Below are positions 9,811 to 16,354 of a stretch of DNA of 29,841 nt, piece after piece. Position numbers and translations under genes: made by a program. The notes under the pieces are model-generated. The model had not been told where the DNA came from, ran no database searches, and worked only from the letters and a program-made list of their open reading frames with translations. Origin of the DNA: a virus (taxonomy: Duplodnaviria > Caudoviricetes). Positions within the stretch are counted from its first letter, which is position 1; every line of letters starts with the position of its first letter. The stretch is taken from the IMG/VR virus record IMGVR_UViG_3300038393_000414, positions 1 through 29,841 of that record. The stretch is one strand, 5' to 3'.

Positions 9811-10116
9811 TTACTTCCTGTAGATTGGAATTTCAGGGTCAGGTCTGTAACCCGGAGCCTTTAGCGAGCGTAGAAGGTAAATATCTCCTAGAGTAAGATT
9901 GTTGTTGTGCATCATTTGGATTTCGGAAGGAGTAAGACTGTTCAGAGAGTCGTGAAGCCACTTACCGTATCCACCAACAGCCCGTATGTCGTCCATCTGG
10001 TTGTTGATGTAGTTTTCTTGCTGGGCTTGACTCTTGTAGAATAGCTTAGTTAGAAGTGAAAGGCCCGTGTCATCCCTAAAGTTCTTGCTTTCGGGGTCGT
10101 TCCGTAGGGCAACCAT
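9811..10116 (-). CDS. Hypothetical protein
   Basis: 101 aa, tightly abutting both neighbours. Confidence 0.65.
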   Translation of the reverse strand: MVALRNDPESKNFRDDTGLSLLTKLFYKSQAQQENYINNQMDDIRAVGGYGKWLHDSLNSLTPSEIQMMHNNNLTLGDIYLLRSLKAPGYRPDPEIPIYRK

Positions 10117-10397
10117 TAGAGCTTCTTAGGGGCTTTGGTCTTCTTTGACCTACGATTGTAGTGACGATTGACTGATTCACTCAGAACACGGAGATTTGAG
10201 TCACCATTCCCAGCACCTGTACCGGAGATGTGGTCTACGTCTTTCCCGTCACCCTTGTGAACCCGGCCTTCACGCATAAGCTTGCGCCGAGCAGCGTTAC
10301 GCTCTGCCCGGTTCTTCTTTTGCTGGGGTTTGGCATTGTACTTCTTCTGAGCAGCTTGCCGTCCCGGAGTGTTAGGTAGTGTGGTCTTCCCCTTCAT
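10116..10397 (-). CDS. HNH endonuclease-like basic protein
   Basis: KDVDH...NGDSNLRVLSESVNR HNH motif. Start moved to ATG 10397 because the longer ORF's 5' end is the promoter itself. Confidence 0.75.
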   Translation of the reverse strand: MKGKTTLPNTPGRQAAQKKYNAKPQQKKNRAERNAARRKLMREGRVHKGDGKDVDHISGTGAGNGDSNLRVLSESVNRHYNRRSKKTKAPKKL

Positions 10398-10404
10398 ACT
10401 ACAT

Positions 10405-10433
10405 ATTATACACTTTTTTAGATCAAAAGTCAA
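10405..10433 (-). promoter_or_regulatory. Sigma70-type promoter of the packaging/structural arm
   Basis: TTGACT-N17-TATAAT, 7 nt upstream of the HNH ATG. Confidence 0.8.
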
Positions 10434-10481
10434 GTAAAATCGTACAAAGGAGGTAATTTTTCTACATTTTTTATTTTTTAC

Positions 10482-10510
10482 TTGACAAACTGACCAAAAT
10501 ATAGTATAAT
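10482..10510 (+). promoter_or_regulatory. Consensus sigma70 promoter
   Basis: TTGACA-N17-TATAAT followed by the palindrome ACTTATATAAGT. Confidence 0.85.
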
Positions 10511-10594
10511 ACTTATATAAGTCAGCGAGGGTAAAGGATCACATACTCCCCGGTTCCCGCCCTAAAAAATTCTATATTCGTAGAGAAGCTCTTG

Positions 10595-10623
10595 ATGGTG
10601 TGCCGATTCGGTGTTACTGTCAA
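10595..10623 (-). promoter_or_regulatory. Possible second leftward sigma70 promoter
   Basis: Minus strand TTGACA-N17-CACCAT. Confidence 0.45.
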
Positions 10624-10777
10624 GGGCTTTTTGTATATTCTCGATATGACTTTTCTAATTTTTTATCTAGTATGAAAGGCTGCCTTTTTGACCGATACAG
10701 GCCATTTGATTTCACCCGTCCCCCCCGACCCCGGCACCCTCTTGTGATGATACAACGTCACAGGGCGGCGCTCCTCT

Positions 10778-10854
10778 TGAGAATGAGAAGCAAGAGCAAC
10801 ACACTGATAAAGCTTCGCTCTCGCATTAAGCTATTGATAATGCTTCTCATTAAC
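10778..10854. promoter_or_regulatory. Fur-box-like sites (one strong, two degenerate)
   Basis: GATAATGCTTCTCATTAAC at 10836-10854 matches the classical Fur box at 15/19; weaker 7-1-7 sites at 10778 and 10805. Confidence 0.5.
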
Positions 10855-10894
10855 CACATGTACGCGGGAGATGGAGAACACACGCGCGTAGGGA

Positions 10895-11078
10895 GAACAA
10901 ATAGGGAACAGTGCATGAACGAAGCGCAAACAAACAGGACAATTCGAGAACACTTCGAGAACGTCACTCAACTCATCGCTCAAAACACTCGGCTCACCGC
11001 ACTACAAATGTAGCACCACCGTGAACAAACGAGCAACACTACAAATGTAGAGCGAACAAACGCGAACAAACCGTGAAA
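10895..11078 (+). promoter_or_regulatory. Cluster of alphaproteobacterial LexA (SOS) boxes, GAAC-N7-GAAC
   Basis: Perfect copies at 10895-10909, 10906-10920 and 10948-10962; one-mismatch copies at 10917, 10937, 11023 and 11064. Confidence 0.65.
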
Positions 11079-11093
11079 GCGCTACAAATGTAG
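11002..11093. repeat. Three identical inverted-repeat motifs CTACAAATGTAG (TACA-N2-TGTA, BlaI/MecI/CopY-type core)
   Basis: Exact copies at 11002-11013, 11039-11050 and 11082-11093. Confidence 0.85.
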
Positions 11094-11121
11094 TCAGCTA
11101 AGCCACTGAAAACAAAGACAT

Positions 11122-11150
11122 TTGACTTTCAATCCGCCATGTGGTCTAAG
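11122..11150 (+). promoter_or_regulatory. Putative early promoter
   Basis: TTGACT-N17-TCTAAG with an A-rich upstream element, ahead of the first early ORF. Confidence 0.45.
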
Positions 11151-11262
11151 GGACGGGTTCCGAGACGCAACGGCGTCTTTGAGGCGCGGCCTACGGGTCG
11201 TTCGGAACGCTCACAATGCGGTAGCGCTCTTTGAGCGCGGCCCATAGCCGAAAGGCAACGTA

Positions 11263-11496
11263 ATGACTAGGCATCAACGCCGCAAGCTTGCGCGGAAGCG
11301 TAAGGATGCAAAGGCTGATATCCTCAATCGCCGTGCGCTGCACGTGCTACAGCAGGAGAAAGCCAAGCTAAACCTTTCGCGTCCCAAGCCAAGGGAGCGC
11401 ACTAAGGCGGGATTGGTTAGCTCGATTTATTCGGGCGCACCTAATCCGCTTGGATACACGCGGCCCTTGACATGGAGCAAGGGAGCGGCTAAGTAA
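11263..11496 (+). CDS. Small basic early protein
   Basis: 77 aa Arg/Lys-rich; GAAAGG RBS. Confidence 0.65.
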   Translation: MTRHQRRKLARKRKDAKADILNRRALHVLQQEKAKLNLSRPKPRERTKAGLVSSIYSGAPNPLGYTRPLTWSKGAAK

Positions 11497-11935
11497 CCCT
11501 AGACGTGCTAGAGCGCTGTAACGGTGCGCCGCGAAACGCTCTAGCCGTTTGGCCCACGATACGGGCAAAGGTAGGTCGCAAAGCCAGCCACGGGCGGTTA
11601 ATCCCCGCTACGGAAAGCAACGTGCCCTGATAGCAAAGGGAACGACACGTTGGATAGCACGACACTTCACGCGAGTAAGTGCCTACGTAATTCGCGGAGC
11701 GACTTTCGAGCCGTTCCTAACGTGGTAGGTTGCTGAAAGGATATAACCGTGGACACGCATCCCTTCGGGCGGATGCTGTAAGCTAGCCGTATCGCTCGCG
11801 GGCCTACTGCGCCCGATAACGTAAGAGCCAACGCACTAAAAGCGCAAAGTCTTACGGATATGTTAACCTAAAAGCACACGAGCAAAGCCACAGAATTGTG
11901 GTAAGGTGTTACGCACTTACCCTATTCGTAAAGTG
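11497..11935 (+). ncRNA. Candidate structured non-coding RNA
   Basis: No plausible ORF; a run of stems including GCTAGAGCG/CGCTCTAGC, CAACGTG/CACGTTG, GCATCC-cTTCGg-GGATGC and CGTAAGA/TCTTACG. Confidence 0.45.
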
Positions 11936-11940
11936 GCGCA

Positions 11941-12012
11941 CTTAATTGTGTAGGGCGGTGTTAGCGCATCTCTCCCCAAACCCCCACGTTAGCACCGTCC
12001 TACCCAGTTAAG
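11941..12012 (+). other. Long RNA hairpin, putative RNase III site
   Basis: 25 of 26 positions paired (G-U included), C-rich loop. Confidence 0.6.
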
Positions 12013-12030
12013 CGCAAGGGAGACAGCGCA

Positions 12031-12285
12031 ATGAAACCACCTCGTGCATATGAACAAGCCCAAAAGTTGCGGGCACAGTTGGGAACGGTTGACGTTGCAA
12101 TTCAGCGTCGTCAAGTGTTCCCTCTCATGGCCGATGAACACGGCTCATCCATCGGCGCTCAGATTGACGCGCTCTTGTGTGACGTTGCGGCGGAACACGA
12201 AGGCGTAGTCAAGAGCGTCACTCTCAACTTGTTCGACGACCAACTAGACGCGGTGTCGGACTACTATCAAGGACCACACGAATGA
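12031..12285 (+). CDS. Hypothetical early protein
   Basis: 84 aa; AAGGGAG RBS. Confidence 0.7.
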   Translation: MKPPRAYEQAQKLRAQLGTVDVAIQRRQVFPLMADEHGSSIGAQIDALLCDVAAEHEGVVKSVTLNLFDDQLDAVSDYYQGPHE

Positions 12286-12440
12286 ACACACTTACCCTAC
12301 GCCACCGCTACGCCGTGTTCTGCTACTACGGCGAAGTGAAGGAACGTGTCGGCACGATACTCGCGAACAACGCGAGCCACGCTAACACGAAAGCTCAACA
12401 GCTTTTCAATCGGCACTGTTGGGCTGAACGCATCGAGTAG
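12282..12440 (+). CDS. Hypothetical early protein (52 aa)
   Basis: ATGA overlap with the upstream stop; AAGGA RBS; MNTLTLRHRYAVFCYYGEVKERVGTI... Confidence 0.65.
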   Translation: MNTLTLRHRYAVFCYYGEVKERVGTILANNASHANTKAQQLFNRHCWAERIE

Positions 12441-12519
12441 CACGGTTGCTCTAGGCACACGCGTAAGCGGTTAGCAGTCTGCTAGCGACGGGGCTGCGTG
12501 TGTGTCTTAACCAGCTGTG
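12441..12519 (+). other. Long RNA hairpin, putative RNase III site
   Basis: CACGGTTG/CAGCTGTG base stem plus a 13-bp AGGCACACGCGTA/TGCGTGTGTGTCT stem. Confidence 0.55.
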
Positions 12520-12585
12520 GGACACACGCAACAATCCCGTTGCGTGCTCTACCTAACTGGAAGCCAACGCAAAGGAGAAAAAGCA

Positions 12586-13323
12586 ATGGCACGTAAGAAG
12601 TATGTTGGTGACGCGGCTATCGGTCGTGCAATCAAGTCGCTTGGCGGTGTGCTCAACAACGTCAACGAACGGGTGCAGGACATTGCTGTGTCCATCATCG
12701 AACACGCGGCTGGTCCGGGCAACGGCGACATGAGCCGTGCTCTCGACCTGTGCAAGACGGTCGCTCGTTACAAGACGCTCAACGTCGCCTATCTGGTGGG
12801 CTTCTTCGCCTACTACGGCAACGCGAACGTCAACCTGCGGGCGAACGACGGTGCCGGCAAGGTGTCCCTCATTTCGAAGGACAGCAAGCGGTATCGCGGC
12901 TTCGACCCCGCTGGCGCGGCGCATAACAACTGGAACGAGGCGTTCGACGACAAGGGCAATCGTGCCAAGTGGTACGCTGGTCCTGAACCGGCTGAGTTCC
13001 AGCCCATGACAATCGGCGACCTTGCGGCTCGTATGCAGGGGTTCGTGAAGAACACGAACAAGCTGATTTCGCCGGAGAACACGAAGGAAGTGAAGGGCAA
13101 GAACGTTCCTGTCTTCTCGCTTTCCGAAGGCGACCGGCAGCAGGTCGAACACGCTCTCGCTTTCATCGACCGCATCGCCAACACGCTGGCGCGGCACGAG
13201 GAAGTCGAGCAGGCGGCGAAGAAGTTTGCCGAAGCGCAGGAAGCGCTTGAGCAGGACAACGACGTCGTCGAAGCTATCGAGAGCGTCGTGGTCGAGGGTG
13301 CCCGCAAGGCAGCCAACGGCTAA
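12586..13323 (+). CDS. Phage early protein of unknown function (245 aa)
   Basis: AAAGGAG RBS before MARKKYVG; GC-rich, host-like codon usage. Confidence 0.85.
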   Translation: MARKKYVGDAAIGRAIKSLGGVLNNVNERVQDIAVSIIEHAAGPGNGDMSRALDLCKTVARYKTLNVAYLVGFFAYYGNANVNLRANDGAGKVSLISKDSKRYRGFDPAGAAHNNWNEAFDDKGNRAKWYAGPEPAEFQPMTIGDLAARMQGFVKNTNKLISPENTKEVKGKNVPVFSLSEGDRQQVEHALAFIDRIANTLARHEEVEQAAKKFAEAQEALEQDNDVVEAIESVVVEGARKAANG

Positions 13324-13560
13324 TCAACCTTTGGTCCCGCCAGCACAGACAAGGGCGAAGGTGTCACACTGGCTCCCCAGCGCGTGACACGGGTGGTGTC
13401 GGGCCAACCACCATCTACGAACGCAGCGCTGATAGCGCAGCTAACTCTCTTTAGTTGGGTAGTACCAAAGCTACGGACACGCGAGCCGTAACCCTAGTGG
13501 CGGGGATTAATGCCCTTTGCTTATACCATGGAGGGTAAAGGCGGAGCCACTACTACCCTA
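13324..13560 (+). ncRNA. Candidate structured non-coding RNA or leader
   Basis: Stems GTGTCAC/GTGACAC and GGTGGT/ACCACC; GGGTAGTA/TACTACCC encloses TACGG/CCGTA and TAGTGGC/GCCACTA. Confidence 0.4.
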
Positions 13561-13576
13561 CTAAGGAGAGTGAACA

Positions 13577-13816
13577 ATGGTACGGGCAGCACAATCTATC
13601 ATAATTTGCGTCGTGCTAGCCAACGAGATACGCGGGTTCATCCTCGCTGCTCCTGTGATGTACGCTCTGTACTGTGCAGGTGGAACGTGGATGGCTGTGT
13701 GGCTTGGTGTCTGTTCGTTAACAGGCATAGCCTTGTCTGTGCTCGTTCCTCTTTATCTTGTGAGGAGATTGTCAAAATGGCTCGGGCTTCGGATTACATC
13801 ATCGCAACCATCCTAA
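13577..13816 (+). CDS. Small membrane protein
   Basis: 79 aa hydrophobic; TAAGGAG RBS. Confidence 0.7.
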   Translation: MVRAAQSIIICVVLANEIRGFILAAPVMYALYCAGGTWMAVWLGVCSLTGIALSVLVPLYLVRRLSKWLGLRITSSQPS

Positions 13817-13914
13817 CCTTGGTGTTGGCGTGGTTGCTTGTGGTTCCTATTGTTGAGCACGTCGCTCGGTCTATGGACGACAGCGCCAACATGATTGCGG
13901 GAGCGACAAAATGA
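13777..13914 (+). CDS. 45-aa single-TM peptide resembling a mature Flp/Tad pilin
   Basis: GAGGAG RBS; MARASDYIIATILTLVLAWLLVVPIVEHVARSMDDSANMIAGATK. Confidence 0.6.
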   Translation: MARASDYIIATILTLVLAWLLVVPIVEHVARSMDDSANMIAGATK

Positions 13915-14102
13915 TTGCAACCGTTCAACAACTACGTGAGGCGTTGAACGACGCACCTGACGACATGCCGTTGCGGGTCATGGTTAACCGTGGTGTTCTC
14001 ATTGGGGTTGACAACGTGCAATGGCTCGAAGGTCGTTGCGTCATCGTCGCACGACACACTCTAACCATAGTGAAGGAGAAGGATGATGGCGACACCGCCT
14101 AG
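13911..14102 (+). CDS. Hypothetical protein
   Basis: ATGA overlap; MIATVQQLREALNDAPDDMPLRV is a common small phage protein start. Confidence 0.7.
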   Translation: MIATVQQLREALNDAPDDMPLRVMVNRGVLIGVDNVQWLEGRCVIVARHTLTIVKEKDDGDTA

Positions 14103-14616
14103 ACGTGGGCGGGGGGCAAAACCAGCGCCAGTTGTGGACGTGGTTGAAGATAATCTATCATCAGTCGCGGCTGAAATGCTGGCTCCAACAGAAGCTAACA
14201 TTCGTGAAGTGCGTTCACGTATTGAGGACGTGTTCAACGCTCTCGGCACGGACCAGCTTCCGGGTACGGTCATGCCAGTTGGCAAACGCAACAATTCGGC
14301 TGAGGCCGGTGAGTTTGTGTTGGCTGACTTGCTATCCAAGTTGGCTAGCGACCGTCTCAAGAAAGCCCAAGAAGCTGCTGAAAAGGCGGGGGTTTTCGGG
14401 GACAAGAGCGAGTACGTTCCCGGAGACACGGTGATGGTGTTCTCCGACCCTAACTTCTCGATCAACGTCAAGATGGGTAAACCGTCGAAGATGATTAAGA
14501 AAGAGAAGGTCCAAGCCGCTGCTGACACGTACTTGGGGCCGAAAGCCTCTGAGTTCATGGAAGCGTGCATGGGCGAACGGGCGGCGACCAAGCAAATCAT
14601 CGTTTCGATGAAGTAA
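14083..14616 (+). CDS. Hypothetical protein
   Basis: 177 aa; AAGGAG RBS. Confidence 0.8.
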   Translation: MMATPPRRGRGAKPAPVVDVVEDNLSSVAAEMLAPTEANIREVRSRIEDVFNALGTDQLPGTVMPVGKRNNSAEAGEFVLADLLSKLASDRLKKAQEAAEKAGVFGDKSEYVPGDTVMVFSDPNFSINVKMGKPSKMIKKEKVQAAADTYLGPKASEFMEACMGERAATKQIIVSMK

Positions 14617-14621
14617 CGGCC

Positions 14622-14900
14622 ATGCCACGGTGGGCTAAAGAACTTCATCCAACGCACGGTGATGTGTCTCGCATCAACCAGCGTAAAGACGCCAGCAAAC
14701 GCGTTCCAACTGTGCAGGACGTTATGGACCTGCCGCCCGCTGACGCTGGCGTCTACATGCTGACCGAGAACGAAATCAAGAAGCTGCGTTCTCGCGTCTA
14801 TGCGTTGAACAAGGACAACCACTACGGCTGGCGTTGGAGGACGCTAGTTGAACCGGGACGCGGAAGATACAATCAGCTTCTTATTTGGCGTATTCATTAA
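14622..14900 (+). CDS. Hypothetical protein (92 aa)
   Basis: MPRWAKELHPTHG...; starts 5 nt after the previous stop. Confidence 0.7.
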   Translation: MPRWAKELHPTHGDVSRINQRKDASKRVPTVQDVMDLPPADAGVYMLTENEIKKLRSRVYALNKDNHYGWRWRTLVEPGRGRYNQLLIWRIH

Positions 14901-14901
14901 T

Positions 14902-14950
14902 CACAATTGCAGAAGGCATCATCAAAACGGTGGTGCCTTTTCCAGTTGTG
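14902..14950 (+). other. Long RNA hairpin, putative RNase III site
   Basis: CACAATTG/CAGTTGTG plus a 13-bp upper stem, one C-C mismatch. Confidence 0.6.
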
Positions 14951-14953
14951 TGA

Positions 14954-15280
14954 AAAGGGCGGGGGCTCGACTAAACACACTGGCTCCATCGGGGTCATGA
15001 TGGTGAACTACCTTCCTATGCAATCATGCTAAGGAAGCTCCTTCCAACGGAAAGGACTGTAAAGCGGGGGACAACCCAAACAAGGTTGTTAACGTGACCA
15101 GCCACGGTTCAAGTGCTGGAAATCCCAAAGACTGAACTGAAAGTAACCAAGTCGTTTAAAAGCCCACCACGGGCCGATACACACGCTTGGCTGTTGCATA
15201 CCTAAACACTGCGTTTCGCTGCTCTGAGATTGGTCAGAACGCCACTACGGTGGTCTTTATCAAGCCACTCAGGGCCCTTT
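14954..15280 (+). ncRNA. Candidate multi-branched non-coding RNA
   Basis: Possible closing helix AAAGGGC/GCCCTTT encloses about ten hairpins, including GGTTCAA, TGAAAG and TACG loops. Confidence 0.45.
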
Positions 15281-15306
15281 ATACTCTTGGAACAAGGAAC
15301 AGCCGT

Positions 15307-15453
15307 ATGGCTAACGTTCGTTTTGTTATTGGTTCTGGAAACAACCGTACCGTTTTTGATCGTGCTCCCAAGCACACCGCCAAGTGGGACGAGCAGAAGA
15401 AGGGCTTCCGCCTGTCGCTCGGTATGCCCGCTCATGGCGAAACAAAGGCGTAA
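15307..15453 (+). CDS. Hypothetical protein (48 aa)
   Basis: AAGGA RBS; MANVRFVIGSGNNRTVFD... Confidence 0.6.
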   Translation: MANVRFVIGSGNNRTVFDRAPKHTAKWDEQKKGFRLSLGMPAHGETKA

Positions 15454-15658
15454 TCTATCATCGTTCCCGCCGCTACGTTGGTGGCAAAAGCGGAAACGTG
15501 AAAAGAGACGTCTAGCCTTACTCGCACTTGTTCGACAGGTGCGTGAAGAAATGGGAGATTACGACCGTGATTTATCCGGGTTTCGGCCCCATCCCAAGAA
15601 AGGCGCTCCCGCAAAGAGCGTGGACAAGGTGCGCCGACTTTCTCGATCCAAAACCTGA
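15434..15658 (+). CDS. Hypothetical basic protein (74 aa)
   Basis: MAKQRRNLSSFPPLRWWQKRK...; start uncertain. Confidence 0.4.
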   Translation: MAKQRRNLSSFPPLRWWQKRKREKRRLALLALVRQVREEMGDYDRDLSGFRPHPKKGAPAKSVDKVRRLSRSKT

Positions 15659-15733
15659 AACAATGGACGGCATTATAACGTCAAGTCACTATGACCGTCG
15701 TTGGACTGTCATGAACGGAAAGGTGTTGAAAGC

Positions 15734-15904
15734 GTGAAGAAACCGCTTCGTCGTGTGGTTAAGAACCACGCACTACGTAATGAACTGATTGCCAAGGGTT
15801 TCATCGTTCCGAACCACATGGTTCCGGCGTGGCTCAAGGCTCGTGGTTACTTGGAGGCAGCTAAGGCTGCGGCTAACAGAAGGGGACAGTTCTTTCATGT
15901 CTAG
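15734..15904 (+). CDS. Hypothetical basic protein (56 aa)
   Basis: GTG start after GAAAGGTG; KKPLRRVVKNHALRNELIAKG... Confidence 0.6.
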   Translation: MKKPLRRVVKNHALRNELIAKGFIVPNHMVPAWLKARGYLEAAKAAANRRGQFFHV

Positions 15905-16055
15905 TCTAGCCCGTCGCATTCAGCGGCGCATCGGAGCCAAGATTAACGACGCCGACGTTGAGAAGCCTCGGTATCGTATCTGTGAACGTGTGAAGGGTCT
16001 GACACATCGTCAGGCTCAGCGTGGAATTACTAAGCCCCCGAAGGGAGACGAATAA
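15897..16055 (+). CDS. Hypothetical basic protein (52 aa)
   Basis: AAGGGGA RBS; MSSLARRIQRRIGAK... Confidence 0.6.
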   Translation: MSSLARRIQRRIGAKINDADVEKPRYRICERVKGLTHRQAQRGITKPPKGDE

Positions 16056-16321
16056 TGCTTTACGTTATTCTTGGTGTACTGGCTTACACTCTAATTGGTG
16101 TCTGTTTTAGGGCTCATCTTCTGTGTTCTCTGTCACGTTCCACCGGCTACCTATCCTATAGCGACACAGAGAAGTGTGATTGGCTACCTATTATCTGGCC
16201 CTTCTACCTTCTCTATCTGGTAGCTACTCAGCCTTTCAAGTTACTGAACAACCTGTCGATCAAGTTAGCTAAAGCTTGTAAGCGATTTAAGACAGGTTCT
16301 GCACCGGAAAGCTTTTACTAA
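16055..16321 (+). CDS. Small membrane protein
   Basis: TAATG overlap; two hydrophobic segments with IIWPFYL. Confidence 0.7.
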   Translation: MLYVILGVLAYTLIGVCFRAHLLCSLSRSTGYLSYSDTEKCDWLPIIWPFYLLYLVATQPFKLLNNLSIKLAKACKRFKTGSAPESFY

Positions 16322-16354
16322 TCCGCCGGTCCTGTGCAAGGGACGTGAGCGGTA

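Noticed and set aside
10743-10762. TGTGA-N10-TCACA / matS-like GATACAACGTCAC
   Set aside because: Wrong spacing for CRP/FNR, a single imperfect copy, and matS belongs to gammaproteobacteria.
10600-11013. 137-aa ORF across the control region
   Set aside because: No RBS and atypical composition; it runs through a promoter, the C-tract and the operator-like repeats.
11002-11093. CTACAAATGTAG repeats as a mini-CRISPR or as NrdR boxes
   Set aside because: 12-bp repeats are too short, the spacers share GAACAAAC motifs and no cas genes are present; the inverted-repeat spacing is 2 bp longer than the NrdR core.
11497-11935. Group I intron or hammerhead ribozyme
   Set aside because: No interrupted gene, and no convincing P7 or CUGANGA/GAAA core found by eye.
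15098-15120. GGTTCAAGT as part of a tRNA
   Set aside because: No acceptor, D or anticodon arms could be built around it.
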